Below are positions 45,883 through 58,369 of a stretch of 64,000 bases of DNA, one piece after another. A model generated the notes under the pieces. The model worked only from the letters and a program-made list of their open reading frames with translations, searched no databases and was not told where the DNA came from. Both the position numbers and the translations under genes were made by a program. Position 1 is the first letter of the stretch. Every line of letters starts with the position of its first letter. The stretch spans positions 76,583 to 140,582 of the forward strand of contig DATKMV010000041.1 in NCBI GenBank assembly GCA_035541695.1, given 5' to 3'. The stretch is from Steroidobacteraceae bacterium. Lineage in GTDB: Bacteria; Pseudomonadota; Gammaproteobacteria; Steroidobacterales; Steroidobacteraceae.

Positions 45883-46575
45883 TTACGGGGCGACGGGTGG
45901 AGCGGTCCGGGTGCGACCCGGCAGGGTGCCGGAGGCAATCGATGCCGGCGTCGCAGGTTGCACGGGCGCTGCCACCGTGCGCAGCCGCGCCCGTATCACA
46001 CGAAAACCGAGCAACAGCGCCAGCATCCCGGCGTAAATGAGCGGCTCGCGTATATCGCGCTTCACCTGCCAGTAGAAGTGCCATACCCCGAGGATCGCGA
46101 TGAGATAGACGAGGCGATGCAGCTGCTGCCAGCGGCGTCCGAGGCGGCGCATCATGCGGTTGGTGGAAGTGATGGCGAGCGGTAACAGTAGCAGCAGAGC
46201 GGTGAAGCCGATGGTGATGTACGGCCGCTTGGCGATGTCGCTGCCGAGCGTGGCGAAGTTCAGCTCCAGATCGAGCACCAGATAGATCGCAAAGTGCAGC
46301 ACGACATAGAAGAAGGCGAAGAGCCCGAGCATACGGCGCAGGCGCAGGAGTTGCGGAAGGCCGGCGAGCTCACGCACCGGTGTCACGGCGAGCGTCAGCA
46401 GCAGGAGGTTGAGCGCCGTCTTGCCGCATTCGTGCTCGAGCTCCTTCACCGGGTCCGCGCCCAGTGAGGCGCCAAACCAGCCGAAGGCGCCGCAGGTGAG
46501 CCACACGGCCGGCAGCAGGCATGCCGTGAAGACCAGCGGCTTGTAAATGAAACGGTAGCGTTGCGTGAGCGTCAT
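45883..46575 (-). CDS. msrQ: protein-methionine-sulfoxide reductase heme-binding subunit
   Basis: Multi-TM ferric-reductase-like protein (YedZ family) directly after msrP. It has a roughly 35-aa Pro/Ala-rich C-terminal tail. Confidence 0.8.
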   Translation of the reverse strand: MTLTQRYRFIYKPLVFTACLLPAVWLTCGAFGWFGASLGADPVKELEHECGKTALNLLLLTLAVTPVRELAGLPQLLRLRRMLGLFAFFYVVLHFAIYLVLDLELNFATLGSDIAKRPYITIGFTALLLLLPLAITSTNRMMRRLGRRWQQLHRLVYLIAILGVWHFYWQVKRDIREPLIYAGMLALLLGFRVIRARLRTVAAPVQPATPASIASGTLPGRTRTAPPVAP

Positions 46576-47523
46576 TCAGAAATAGCGCTTGAGATCCATT
46601 CCCTGATAGAGACCGGCGACCTCCTCGGCATACCCGTTGAACGGCAGCGTCGGGCGTCGCGCGGCGAGGAATGGCGCACCGATGCGTCGCTCGCTCGCCT
46701 GGCTCCAGCGTGGATGATCGACCTGCGGATTGACGTTTGCGTAGAAGCCGTACTCGTTGGGTGCTGCGACGTTCCAGGCGGTGCGGGGCTGTGTGGAGGT
46801 GAAGCCGATCTTGACGATCGACTTGATGCTCTTGAAGCCGTACTTCCAGGGCACGATGAGGCGCAGCGGCGCACCGTCCTGGTTGGGCAGCACGCGTCCG
46901 TAAAGGCCGACGACCATCAGGGTGAGCGGATGCATCGCCTCATCCATGCGCAGCCCCTCGACATACGGCCAGTTGAGGACGGGTACCCGCTGTCCTGGCA
47001 TCTGCTGCGGATCATAGAGCGTCGTGAACTCGACATACTTGGCGCGCGATGTGGGCCTGAAGCGCTTCAGCAGACTGGCAAGGGGCACGCCTACCCACGG
47101 CACCACCATCGACCAGGCTTCGACACAGCGAAAGCGATAGATGCGCTCCTCGAGCGGCTGGCCCTTCATGAGATCCTCGAGGTCGAAGCTGCCGCTCACT
47201 TCGGCTTCACCGTACACGCTCACAGTCCAGGGGCGTGTTCTGAGGGTGTGGGCGTAGCGGCTCGGCGAATCCTTATCGGTGCCGAACTCGTAGAAGTTGT
47301 TGTATCCCGCGATCTCTTCGAGCTTGTTCGGCGCTTCTTTCACCGAGTATTGGGAGCTCACCGTGAAGCTGAGGGGCGCCTGCTGCGGCTGCGGTGATTC
47401 CGCGGCGCGTAGCAGGGTGCTGGCGCCCGTAGCCAGCGCTCCCGCCAGCAATGCGCGGCGACTCAAGAAGGTGCTCTCCGGCGTGATCTCCGAAGGGGCA
47501 ATGCTCGGGACGCGGAATCTCAT
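46576..47523 (-). CDS. msrP: protein-methionine-sulfoxide reductase catalytic subunit (molybdopterin)
   Basis: Tat signal [15 protein letters not shown]. YedY-type sulfite-oxidase-fold motifs ([25 protein letters not shown]). GGAGG lies 8 nt upstream of the ATG. Confidence 0.85.
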   Translation of the reverse strand: MRFRVPSIAPSEITPESTFLSRRALLAGALATGASTLLRAAESPQPQQAPLSFTVSSQYSVKEAPNKLEEIAGYNNFYEFGTDKDSPSRYAHTLRTRPWTVSVYGEAEVSGSFDLEDLMKGQPLEERIYRFRCVEAWSMVVPWVGVPLASLLKRFRPTSRAKYVEFTTLYDPQQMPGQRVPVLNWPYVEGLRMDEAMHPLTLMVVGLYGRVLPNQDGAPLRLIVPWKYGFKSIKSIVKIGFTSTQPRTAWNVAAPNEYGFYANVNPQVDHPRWSQASERRIGAPFLAARRPTLPFNGYAEEVAGLYQGMDLKRYF

Positions 47524-47596
47524 GATTGGGCCTCCGGAGAGTAGACCGGCGACCGGCCCAAAAGGTCACAGCGGCAGCGGGCCGCGCCCGAGCGCT

Positions 47597-48238
47597 TCAC
47601 CGCCACGTGACGCACTCGATATTGAGGCCTGCCGCGGCGCGCCGCGCCATGGCGTTGCCATTCACGAGCGTGCCTCGGTCCACGAGCGCGAGGTGCTCGA
47701 GGTCGCTCGCGGCATTGCCATAAGCCACCAACCTGTGTCCAGGGTGCTGCGCCCGCAGCTGCGCCACACAATGCGCCTTCTCGATGTCGCGTCGGTTGGG
47801 CGTCGTGAGATGGCCATCGAGCCGCTCGCCATCCCACCTGACTCCGGTACACAGCGTCCGTGCGAAGCCAAGCGCGCGGCCTAGCGACGGGACGTAGAGA
47901 TCGGGACTCGCGGAGAGCAGTACCAGGAAATCGCCGGCGCGGCGATGGGCCTCGAGTGCGGCGAGCGCATCGGCATGCAGGCCGCGCGCGAGGAGCGGCG
48001 GAACGAACTCCTGCGTCCACCGTTCGATGTCTGCTCGTCCGTACCCGGCCATGACAGCCCGAATGGCGGAGGACTTGAGCTCGCCGCGATCGGCGCGTCC
48101 GAGCGCAAAACCCGCGAGCACGGGAATGACCTGCGGCAGCCGAGCGGCACGCTGCGGATGCCGGCGCAGGAAGCCGCTCAGATAAGGGAGCAGCGTGTCG
48201 TGGCGGGTGAGGGTCCCATCGAGATCGAATATCGCCAC
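47597..48238 (-). CDS. HAD-IB family hydrolase
   Basis: N-terminal DxDxT motif (MAIFDLDGTLT), LLSASPD, and C-terminal YGNAASD. Confidence 0.75.
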   Translation of the reverse strand: MAIFDLDGTLTRHDTLLPYLSGFLRRHPQRAARLPQVIPVLAGFALGRADRGELKSSAIRAVMAGYGRADIERWTQEFVPPLLARGLHADALAALEAHRRAGDFLVLLSASPDLYVPSLGRALGFARTLCTGVRWDGERLDGHLTTPNRRDIEKAHCVAQLRAQHPGHRLVAYGNAASDLEHLALVDRGTLVNGNAMARRAAAGLNIECVTWR

Positions 48239-48294
48239 CGTCGCTGCGGCCGCGCCACTCGCGGCTGCAACGCCCGGGCCCGCTGCCGCACCCC

Positions 48295-50988
<2,694 letters not shown>

Positions 50989-51012
50989 GAGTGTCTCCGC
51001 CTCGTGCGCGCG

Positions 51013-51040
51013 ATTATATCGGGCAGGTGCGTCGCCTGCC
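51013..51040 (-). promoter_or_regulatory. mnmA-distal hairpin followed by a -10-like TATAAT for acnA
   Basis: GGCAGG-N7-CCTGCC (51022-51040) lies 14 nt after the mnmA stop. Minus-strand TATAAT (51018-51013) is about 24 nt upstream of the acnA ATG, with a GGAG Shine-Dalgarno between them. Confidence 0.3.
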
Positions 51041-51053
51041 GCCTCGCGCTCCC

Positions 51054-52184
51054 TCAGGCAGCGGCGTTGAGCTGCGCGGAGCCGGCAAGTGAGTCGATGA
51101 CGGCGCCGCCGAGACAGCGCTCGCCGTCATAGGCGACCGCGTACTGACCGGGCGTCACCGCACGCTGCGGTGTATCGAACAGCATGCGCATGCTGCCGTC
51201 GGTCCGCGGCTCGAGCCGCGCCGCCTGGTCGCTCTGGCGATAGCGCACCTTGACCGTACAACGGAACGGCTCGCGGCGGGCCGGCGCGAGCCAGTGCCAC
51301 TTGCCGGTGGTGAGCGCACCGCTCGCAAGGAGCGGATGATCGTGCCCCTGCACGATGACGAGCACATTGCGCGCCGCGTCCTTGCGCGCGACGTACCAGG
51401 GCGCCTGCTCGCGGCCGCTGCGGCCACCGATGTGCAGCCCGGCGCGCTGGCCGAGCGTGTAGAAGGCGAGGCCCTCGTGCGTACCGAGCCGCTCGCCATC
51501 CGCTGACTCGATCGGCCCGGGTGAGCGCGCGAGGTAGCGGCTCAGGAACTCACGGAACGGACGCTCGCCGATGAAGCAGATGCCGGTGCTGTCGGGCTTG
51601 TCGAAAACCGGAAGTCCGGCCCGTCGAGCGCGCTCGCGTACCGAGCTCTTGTGGAGCTCACCGAGAGGCATGAGGGCGGCGGCGAGCTCCTCGCGCCCGA
51701 CCGCGTGCAGGAAGTAGCTCTGGTCCTTGCCGGCATCGCGCGCCTTGCACAACGCCGGTCCATCGGGCGAGGACTCGAGACGCGCGTAGTGCCCGGTCGC
51801 GAAGTGCGAGGCACCGAGCCGGCGGGCCCACGCGAGCGCCACCCCGAGCTTGATCTCGCGGTTGCAGAGCACGTCCGGATTGGGCGTGCGTCCGGCACGA
51901 TGCTCGCTGAGGAAGTGAGCGAACACCCGCTCACGGTACTCGGCTGCGAAGCTGACCCGGTGCAGCACGATGCCGAGCTCGCTGGCTACCGCGCGGGCGT
52001 CCTGGAAGTCCTGTGCCGCCGTACAGTACGCATCGTCGTCCTCCTCCCAGTTGCTGAGGAACAGCCCCTGCACGTCCCAGCCGGCTTGCCGAAGGAGCAG
52101 AGCGGCAACCGCGGAGTCGACGCCGCCGGAGAGCCCGACGATGACGCGGGAGGAGGGCGATGGCGGAGCGGTCACCGGGAGCAT
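51054..52184 (-). CDS. mnmA: tRNA 2-thiouridine(34) synthase
   Basis: Track ORF trimmed to the ATG at 52184. PP-loop [28 protein letters not shown]. Confidence 0.9.
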   Translation of the reverse strand: MLPVTAPPSPSSRVIVGLSGGVDSAVAALLLRQAGWDVQGLFLSNWEEDDDAYCTAAQDFQDARAVASELGIVLHRVSFAAEYRERVFAHFLSEHRAGRTPNPDVLCNREIKLGVALAWARRLGASHFATGHYARLESSPDGPALCKARDAGKDQSYFLHAVGREELAAALMPLGELHKSSVRERARRAGLPVFDKPDSTGICFIGERPFREFLSRYLARSPGPIESADGERLGTHEGLAFYTLGQRAGLHIGGRSGREQAPWYVARKDAARNVLVIVQGHDHPLLASGALTTGKWHWLAPARREPFRCTVKVRYRQSDQAARLEPRTDGSMRMLFDTPQRAVTPGQYAVAYDGERCLGGAVIDSLAGSAQLNAAA

Positions 52185-52224
52185 GGGCACATTGTAATGC
52201 GCCCGCTGCAACGACGCTGTCGCC

Positions 52225-52752
52225 TCAAGCGGGCGTGTCGACGGCCTGAACCGCGGGTCCGTAGCCGCCCGCCGCGGCGTGGCAGCCGAGCTCGACGGCG
52301 GAGTCCAGATCGAGCTGGCCGATGCCATCGAGCTCGTGGTGTCGTCCCGCAAGGTAGTCGTGCACGCAGCGCAGGACGAGCGGACTTCGCAATCGATCCT
52401 GCCGTGACTCGAGCTCACTGCGGCTGAGCCAGTGCGTCGCGATGATGCCGCGGTCGAGGGGCTGCGCCGCATCGTGATCGCTGACTCGACCGAGGAAGGC
52501 GAAGCGGAGGATCTCGCGGCGACTGGCGGGGTTGCGCCACAGATATATTCCGAGCAGGGCCTGTGGCTCGAAGCGCCATGCCGTCTCCTCGCGGGCTTCG
52601 CGCACCACGGCGGCGAGCAGGGTCTCGTCGCGCTCCACGTGTCCCGCCGGCTGGTTGAACACCCGCCGGCGGTTGATGCGCTCCTCGACCACCAGAAAAC
52701 GGCCCGCGGTCTCGGCTACCGCGGCAACGGTGACATCAGGCGTCCTGCCCAT
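52225..52752 (-). CDS. Nudix hydrolase
   Basis: Track ORF trimmed to the ATG at 52752. Nudix box GHVERDETLLAAVVREAREETA. Confidence 0.8.
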   Translation of the reverse strand: MGRTPDVTVAAVAETAGRFLVVEERINRRRVFNQPAGHVERDETLLAAVVREAREETAWRFEPQALLGIYLWRNPASRREILRFAFLGRVSDHDAAQPLDRGIIATHWLSRSELESRQDRLRSPLVLRCVHDYLAGRHHELDGIGQLDLDSAVELGCHAAAGGYGPAVQAVDTPA

Positions 52753-52813
52753 GCCCAGGATTGTAGCGGCTGGACCGAGGTGTCGGAACCGTCGGCGGGT
52801 CGCGACGCAGAGG

Positions 52814-53497
52814 TCAGCCGCGGCGGGCTGCCCGCAAGCCGTGCTCGGCGGCGCTGGCGTTCCAGACCTGGTCGAATTCCTGCAGGTACACCCGCGCCAC
52901 CGCCGGATTGTTGATATCGGCGACGCCGTCCCAGGTGTCGGCGCGCATGCGGTAGACGATCGCCCGGTCATCGGCGATGAGATAGCTGGAGGCGCGCTGC
53001 GGGCTCTGCGCGGCCACGTAGCGGATGTCGATGCAGCTCGACAGTCGGCGGCCCATGGCGACGAAGCGGTTGCTGTCGCGCATGACACGGGTCGGCTCGG
53101 CGAGCAGCACGCGCACCTTGGAGAAGCTGCGCGTCAGGACGAAGTGCTTGATGACATCGAGAAAAGCCGTCTGATCGTACAGATCGGGCTCCAGATCGGG
53201 GGTGTAGATCGAAATCAGACGCTGGGCGGTGGCCGCGATCTCGTTGACGGCTGCGCGTACCTCCGCCAGTGAGGTGAGCACGGTCAGCGTCTCCGCACCC
53301 TGCCGCGAGCTGGCTGGCCCGGCCGTTCCATTGGGCGACTCGGACGCATAGCGTGCGTTTGCGAGCTGCGCCAAGGCGCTATTGAGATCAAGTTCCCCGC
53401 TTATGGCCACTCTTGGCGCCCCGCATCGCCTGCACGGAAGGCAGGCTGCTCGGGATCTTAGTGACCAACCCCCGGATTTCCTTGCCGAATCGGTCAC
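52814..53497 (-). CDS. conserved hypothetical protein
   Basis: The C-terminal ~150 aa (LISIYTPDLEPDLYDQTAFLDVIKHFVL...VRVLLAEP...IDIRYV...YLIADDRAIVYR) resembles an uncharacterised gammaproteobacterial family I recall near purB. Start uncertain: GTG 53497 (track) or GTG 53410. Confidence 0.5.
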   Translation of the reverse strand: MTDSARKSGGWSLRSRAACLPCRRCGAPRVAISGELDLNSALAQLANARYASESPNGTAGPASSRQGAETLTVLTSLAEVRAAVNEIAATAQRLISIYTPDLEPDLYDQTAFLDVIKHFVLTRSFSKVRVLLAEPTRVMRDSNRFVAMGRRLSSCIDIRYVAAQSPQRASSYLIADDRAIVYRMRADTWDGVADINNPAVARVYLQEFDQVWNASAAEHGLRAARRG

Positions 53498-53583
53498 GGT
53501 TTGGGGCGCCGGACCCGGCAGAGTAAGTCAAAAGCGAGGCGTGGTTCGCACTTTTCAGGCGGCACCGGCCGAGGCGAGGCAGC

Positions 53584-54966
53584 TCACACCTTCCGGGCGA
53601 GCTCCGCCGCGAGTCCGGTGTACGCCTCAGGACGCAGGCCCCGCAACCGCTCCTTGTCCCCCGCCGGCAGCGGCAGGCCCTCGATGAAGGCGGCGAGCGT
53701 TGCGGCATCGATCGGGCGACCGCGAGTGAACGCCTTCAGAAGCTCGTACCCATCGGGTACGCCCGCGGCCCGGAGCACCGTCTGCACCGCCTCCGCCAGC
53801 ACCTCCCAGGAGCCGGCGAAGTCGGCGCTCATGCGAGCCGGGTCCGCCTCGATTTTCTCGAGACCTCGCCCGAGCGCCTGCCAGGCGATGAGCGCATGTC
53901 CGAGCGCAACCCCGAGATTGCGCAACACCGTCGAGTCAGTGAGGTCGCGCTGCCAGCGGGACACCGGGAGCTTGTCGGCGAAGTGGCGCAGCAACGCGTT
54001 GGCCAGCCCGCAGTTGCCCTCCGCATTCTCGAAATCGATGGGATTCACCTTGTGCGGCATGGTCGATGAGCCGACCTCGCCGTGCACCGCGCGCTGGCGC
54101 AGGTAGCCGAGCGAGACGTAGCCCCACAGGTCGCGGCACAGACCGATGCAGATCACATTGACGGCTGCGGTCGCGTCGCAGTATTCCCCGATCCAGTCGT
54201 GCGGCTCGATCTGCGTGGTCCAGGGGTTGTATTCGAGGCCGAGCGACTCGACGAACTCCCGCCCGACGGACGGCCAGTCGACCGACGGCAGCGCCGCCAC
54301 GTGCGCGTTGAAGTTGCCGACCGCGCCGTTCCACTTGCCGAGGATGCTCACCGCAGCCCAGCGGCGCCGGGCGCGCGTCAGCCGCGCCGCGAAATTTGCG
54401 AGCTCCTTGCCGAGCGTCGTCGGACTCGCGGGCTGCCCATGGGTACGCGCCGGCATGGGGGTATCGGCGTAGCGGTGCGCGAGCTGTGTGAGCTCACCGG
54501 TGCGGCGGTCGAGGATCGGCAGCAGGCGGGCCCGGGCCTCCCGCAGCAGCCACGCGTAGCTCACATTGTTGATGTCCTCGGAGGTGCAGCCGAAATGCAC
54601 CAGCTCGAGGGTCGCGGCCGAGGCGCCGACGGCAGCGAGCTGCTCGCGGACGTAATATTCGACCGCCTTGACGTCGTGATTGATGCGCGCTTCGATGCGC
54701 TTGACGGCCGCGGCGGCGGCCTCATCAGGCGCATCACCGAGTTGCCGGGCGCGTTCCAGCACTGCGGGAGTGAGCTTCGAGCCGCCAAGTTGCGGCACGC
54801 TGCGGGCGAGGTGCAGCAGCCACTGCGCTTCGATACGGATGCGCTCGCGAACGAGTCCGGCCTCCGACAGCAGCCCCCGCAGCGGCTCAGTAGCGGCGCG
54901 GTAGCGCCCATCGACCGGCGAGAGGGCCTCGAGCGCCGGCAGGCAATCGCTGGGGCTTCCGGACAT
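53584..54966 (-). CDS. purB: adenylosuccinate lyase
   Basis: 460 aa. LSPVDGRY N-terminus and the fumarate-lyase signature SSTMPHKVNP. Confidence 0.9.
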   Translation of the reverse strand: MSGSPSDCLPALEALSPVDGRYRAATEPLRGLLSEAGLVRERIRIEAQWLLHLARSVPQLGGSKLTPAVLERARQLGDAPDEAAAAAVKRIEARINHDVKAVEYYVREQLAAVGASAATLELVHFGCTSEDINNVSYAWLLREARARLLPILDRRTGELTQLAHRYADTPMPARTHGQPASPTTLGKELANFAARLTRARRRWAAVSILGKWNGAVGNFNAHVAALPSVDWPSVGREFVESLGLEYNPWTTQIEPHDWIGEYCDATAAVNVICIGLCRDLWGYVSLGYLRQRAVHGEVGSSTMPHKVNPIDFENAEGNCGLANALLRHFADKLPVSRWQRDLTDSTVLRNLGVALGHALIAWQALGRGLEKIEADPARMSADFAGSWEVLAEAVQTVLRAAGVPDGYELLKAFTRGRPIDAATLAAFIEGLPLPAGDKERLRGLRPEAYTGLAAELARKV

Positions 54967-55025
54967 GCGCTACTATCATAACGCATACGCTCGCTGGGCC
55001 GTCGTTCCGGCACCGGAGTCCACGC

Positions 55026-56429
55026 ATGACGAGTTCCTTCCGTACCGAGCACGACAGCATGGGCGAGCTCAAAGTACCGGCCGAGGCCCTGTGGGGCGCG
55101 CAGACACAGCGCGCGATCGAGAATTTTCCGATCAGCGGCCTGCCGATGCCGCGCGAATTCATCGCCGCGCTCGGCCTCATCAAGCAGGCCTCGGCCAGGG
55201 CGAATCGTGAACTGAAGCTCCTCGATGCACGCACCGCCGAAGCGGTCGACGCCGCCGCCGCCGAGGTGGCCGGCGGCCGGCATGACCGTGATTTTCCGAT
55301 CGACGTGTTCCAGACCGGTTCGGGCACGAGCTCGAACATGAACGCCAACGAGGTGGTCGCGGCGCTCGCCAGCCGTCGGCTCGGAAGCGCGGTGCACGCC
55401 AACGATCAGGTCAACATGGGCCAGAGCAGCAACGATGTCATTCCGACCGCCATTCACCTCAGCGCCGCGCTCGCCCTGCGGCGCGAGCTCGTGCCGGCGC
55501 TCGAGCACCTGCGTGATGTGCTGGCGCGCAAGGAGCGCGAGGTCGCCGGCATCGTCAAGACCGGCCGCACGCACCTCATGGACGCCATGCCTGTGACGCT
55601 CGCGCAGGAGCTTTCCGGCTGGCGCACGCAGATCGAGAATGACGCGGCGCGGCTGAAGTCCGTGGAGCCGCGCCTGCTGTCACTCGCGCAGGGTGGAACC
55701 GCGGTCGGTACCGGCATCAACGCACACCCCGACTTCGGCGTCCGCTTCTGCCAGGAGCTCACTGCGCTCACCGGCATTGCGTTCGTGCCGGCACGTAATT
55801 ATTTCGAGGCGCTGTCGGCCCAGGACACCGCCGTGGAGCTCTCCGGTCAACTGAAGGTGCTCGCGGTCAGCCTGATGAAAATCGCCAACGATCTGCGCTG
55901 GATGAACAGTGGGCCGCTCGCGGGTCTCGGTGAGATTGCGCTGCCGGCGCTGCAACCCGGCAGCAGCATCATGCCCGGCAAGGTGAACCCGGTGATACCC
56001 GAAGCAGTCGCCATGGTGGCGGCACAGGTGATCGGCAATGACACCGCCATCACCATCGCCGGCCAGTCGGGCAACTTCCAGCTGAACGTGATGCTGCCGG
56101 TGATCGCCCATAACCTGCTCGGCAGCATCCGGCTGCTCGCCAACGTCGTGCGGGCGCTCGCCGATCGCGCCATCGCCGGCTTCCGCGTGAACAGCGCGCG
56201 GCTCGCCGAGGCGCTCGACCGCAATCCCATTCTCGTCACCGCGTTGAACCCGGTGATCGGGTACGAGAAAGGCGCCGCGATCGCCAAGAAGGCCTACGCG
56301 GAAGGTCGTCCGATACGAGAGGTCGCCGCGCAAATGACGGAGCTCCCCGCCGCGCAGCTCGAGAAGCTGCTCGACCCGAAGGAGCTGACCACCGGCGGTA
56401 TCAAGGGAGGAGGCAGTGGAGGAGGCTGA
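55026..56429 (+). CDS. fumC: class II fumarate hydratase
   Basis: FRTEHDSMGELKVP, and GSSIMPGKVNP signature. Short Gly-rich C-terminal tail. Confidence 0.9.
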   Translation: MTSSFRTEHDSMGELKVPAEALWGAQTQRAIENFPISGLPMPREFIAALGLIKQASARANRELKLLDARTAEAVDAAAAEVAGGRHDRDFPIDVFQTGSGTSSNMNANEVVAALASRRLGSAVHANDQVNMGQSSNDVIPTAIHLSAALALRRELVPALEHLRDVLARKEREVAGIVKTGRTHLMDAMPVTLAQELSGWRTQIENDAARLKSVEPRLLSLAQGGTAVGTGINAHPDFGVRFCQELTALTGIAFVPARNYFEALSAQDTAVELSGQLKVLAVSLMKIANDLRWMNSGPLAGLGEIALPALQPGSSIMPGKVNPVIPEAVAMVAAQVIGNDTAITIAGQSGNFQLNVMLPVIAHNLLGSIRLLANVVRALADRAIAGFRVNSARLAEALDRNPILVTALNPVIGYEKGAAIAKKAYAEGRPIREVAAQMTELPAAQLEKLLDPKELTTGGIKGGGSGGG

Positions 56430-57129
56430 GCCCGGCGGGTCGGCACGCGCCATGGAACAGGCACCCGCGGATAGCGGGCCGGCGCTCCCCACCGCGACCC
56501 ATCGTGACTGGGCGCGCATCATCCGCGAGCGCCTCAGCGGCACGAGTCCGCGCCATGCGCCCGAGGACTGGATGATCCCGGGGCTGTTCGAGGCGGGCCA
56601 GGCGCGGCGGCTGATGCTGGAGGATCCCATACCCGCAGCCGTGCTCATCCCGCTCGTGACCCGCGCGGATGTGACGGTGCTCTTCACCCAGCGCGCCACG
56701 CAGCTGCGCAACCATGCCGGCCAGATCAGCTTCCCCGGCGGGCGCATCGAGCCCACCGATGCGGGTCCGGCGGCGGCCGCGCGGCGCGAGGCGCGCGAGG
56801 AGATCGGGCTCGATGAGCGCTTCGTCTCGGTGGTCGGCTATCTGCCGGACCACGTGGTGATCACCGGCTTCCGCATCACCCCGGTGGTCGCGTTCGTCGA
56901 GCCGGGCTTCGAGCTCGAGCTCGCGAGCCAGGAAGTCGAGGACACTTTCGAGGTGCCGCTCGGCTACCTGTTCGATCCCGCCAACCATCGGCTCAGGCGG
57001 CGCGCCAACCTCAGCGGCGAGGAAGTGGAGTTTCGCGAGATTCCTTTCGGCGAGCGCACCATCTGGGGTGCTACCGCCGGAATGCTCCACACGCTCTATC
57101 GGCTGTGCGCGGAGGCACCGGCGCGGTGA
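56416..57129 (+). CDS. CoA pyrophosphatase-type Nudix hydrolase (NudL-like)
   Basis: AAVLIPLV..., and Nudix box FPGGRIEPTDAGPAAAARREAREEIGL. The GTG at 56416 overlaps the fumC 3' end. Alternative ATG at 56452. Confidence 0.75.
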   Translation: MEEAEPGGSARAMEQAPADSGPALPTATHRDWARIIRERLSGTSPRHAPEDWMIPGLFEAGQARRLMLEDPIPAAVLIPLVTRADVTVLFTQRATQLRNHAGQISFPGGRIEPTDAGPAAAARREAREEIGLDERFVSVVGYLPDHVVITGFRITPVVAFVEPGFELELASQEVEDTFEVPLGYLFDPANHRLRRRANLSGEEVEFREIPFGERTIWGATAGMLHTLYRLCAEAPAR

Positions 57130-57983
57130 GCGAGGCCGAGCGGGCCATGGCCGCACTGCTCGCGCTCATGGCGCGCCTGCGGGATCCCGAGCGCGGCTGC
57201 CCCTGGGACCGCGCGCAGTCCTTCTCGAGCATCGCGCCGTATACCATCGAGGAGGCGTACGAGGTCGCCGACGCCATCGAGCACGGCGACCGCGAGCACC
57301 TGCGCGAGGAGCTCGGCGATCTGCTCTTCCAGGTGGTGTTTCACACACGCATGGCGGAGGAACGCGGCTGGTTCGACTTCGCCGCGGTCGCCGATGGCAT
57401 CCGCGACAAGCTGGTACGTCGCCACCCGCACCTGTTCGCGGGCGCGAGCCTCGCTGCGCAAGACCTGGTGCGCGTCTGGGAGGAGCAGAAAGCCCAGGAG
57501 CGGGCCGCGTCCAGCGCGAGCGCGGGAGGCTCTGAGTCGAGCACGGTGCTCCAGGGGGTGCCGCGGGCACTGCCAGCGCTCACGCGCGCGGCGAAGCTCG
57601 GCCGCCGCGCTGCGCGAGTCGGCTTCGACTGGCCGGATGCGCCGGCGGTGCGCGCCAAGGTGGTGGAGGAGCTTCACGAGGTCGATGCCGTCATCGCCGA
57701 CGCTGACCGCGGCACCGGCGCTGACCGCGGCGCCGACGCTGGCGGGGCACAGGCGGCGCGGCAGCTCGAGGGCGAGTTGGGAGACCTGCTGTTCGCAATC
57801 GTGAACTGGAGCCGGCATCTGGACGTCGATGCCGAGACGGCACTGCGGGGCGCCAATAGCAAGTTCGAGCGGCGCTTCGCGCACATGGAATCGCTCGCCC
57901 GCTCGCGCGGGCTCGAGCTCGCGCAGCTCTCAGCGGCGCAATGGGAGCAGCTGTGGAGCGAGGCGAAACTGAACGCCAGCTGA
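57126..57983 (+). CDS. mazG: nucleoside triphosphate pyrophosphohydrolase
   Basis: Two MazG domains (PYTIEEAYEVADAIEHGD...LREELGDLLFQVVF, and ELGDLLFAIVNWSRHL). The GTG at 57126 overlaps the upstream stop (GTGA). Alternatives are 57105 and ATG 57147. Confidence 0.8.
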   Translation: MSEAERAMAALLALMARLRDPERGCPWDRAQSFSSIAPYTIEEAYEVADAIEHGDREHLREELGDLLFQVVFHTRMAEERGWFDFAAVADGIRDKLVRRHPHLFAGASLAAQDLVRVWEEQKAQERAASSASAGGSESSTVLQGVPRALPALTRAAKLGRRAARVGFDWPDAPAVRAKVVEELHEVDAVIADADRGTGADRGADAGGAQAARQLEGELGDLLFAIVNWSRHLDVDAETALRGANSKFERRFAHMESLARSRGLELAQLSAAQWEQLWSEAKLNAS

Positions 57984-58037
57984 AGCGCTCTGCGCCGCGC
58001 AGCGCGAGTCGCGGTCCAACACGCGAATGCGTTAGGC

Positions 58038-58346
58038 TTGCATGTTGTGAGCCGTGGTCTCGTTTTCACGCTCCTGCTCGTATGCGCGGCGACTGCCGGC
58101 CGCGCTGCTGCGCCCCCCGTTGTCTCCGCCGCGGTGCCATCCGACGCCAGCCCGCTCGCCATGCCGGGCGGCAGTGTGTCCATGGACGAGGCGGTCAGGA
58201 TGGTGGAGGAGCGTTATCACGCGCGTGTCGTCCGGGCACAGACCGAGAGCGACGAGGGCCGGACGCTGTACGTCTTGCGGCTGCTGAACGACGCGGGCAG
58301 GGTCTGGACGGTGCGCGTCGACGCCGCGAGCGGTGCAGTGCAGTAA
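58038..58346 (+). CDS. PepSY-domain secreted protein
   Basis: 102 aa. Signal peptide (LVFTLLLVCAATAGRAAA) and a PepSY-like core (MDEAVRMVEERYHARVVRAQTESDEGRTLYVLRLLNDAGRVWTVRVDAASG). TTG start. Confidence 0.6.
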   Translation: MHVVSRGLVFTLLLVCAATAGRAAAPPVVSAAVPSDASPLAMPGGSVSMDEAVRMVEERYHARVVRAQTESDEGRTLYVLRLLNDAGRVWTVRVDAASGAVQ

Positions 58347-58369
58347 TCGCGGCCTGATCGGGGAGTGAC

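Noticed and set aside
45258-46040. ORFs crossing the repeat array (45638..46036 +, 45672..46040 +, 45258..45938 -), which could encode repeat-containing or His-rich peptides.
   Set aside because: They overlap kynA or msrQ antisense, have no plausible ribosome-binding site, and their repetitive peptides simply mirror the DNA repeats. I treat the array as non-coding.
57126-57983. MazG as part of a mazEF toxin-antitoxin or phage-defence module.
   Set aside because: No mazE or mazF-like small ORFs are adjacent. The gene is the two-domain housekeeping type in a core-metabolism neighbourhood.
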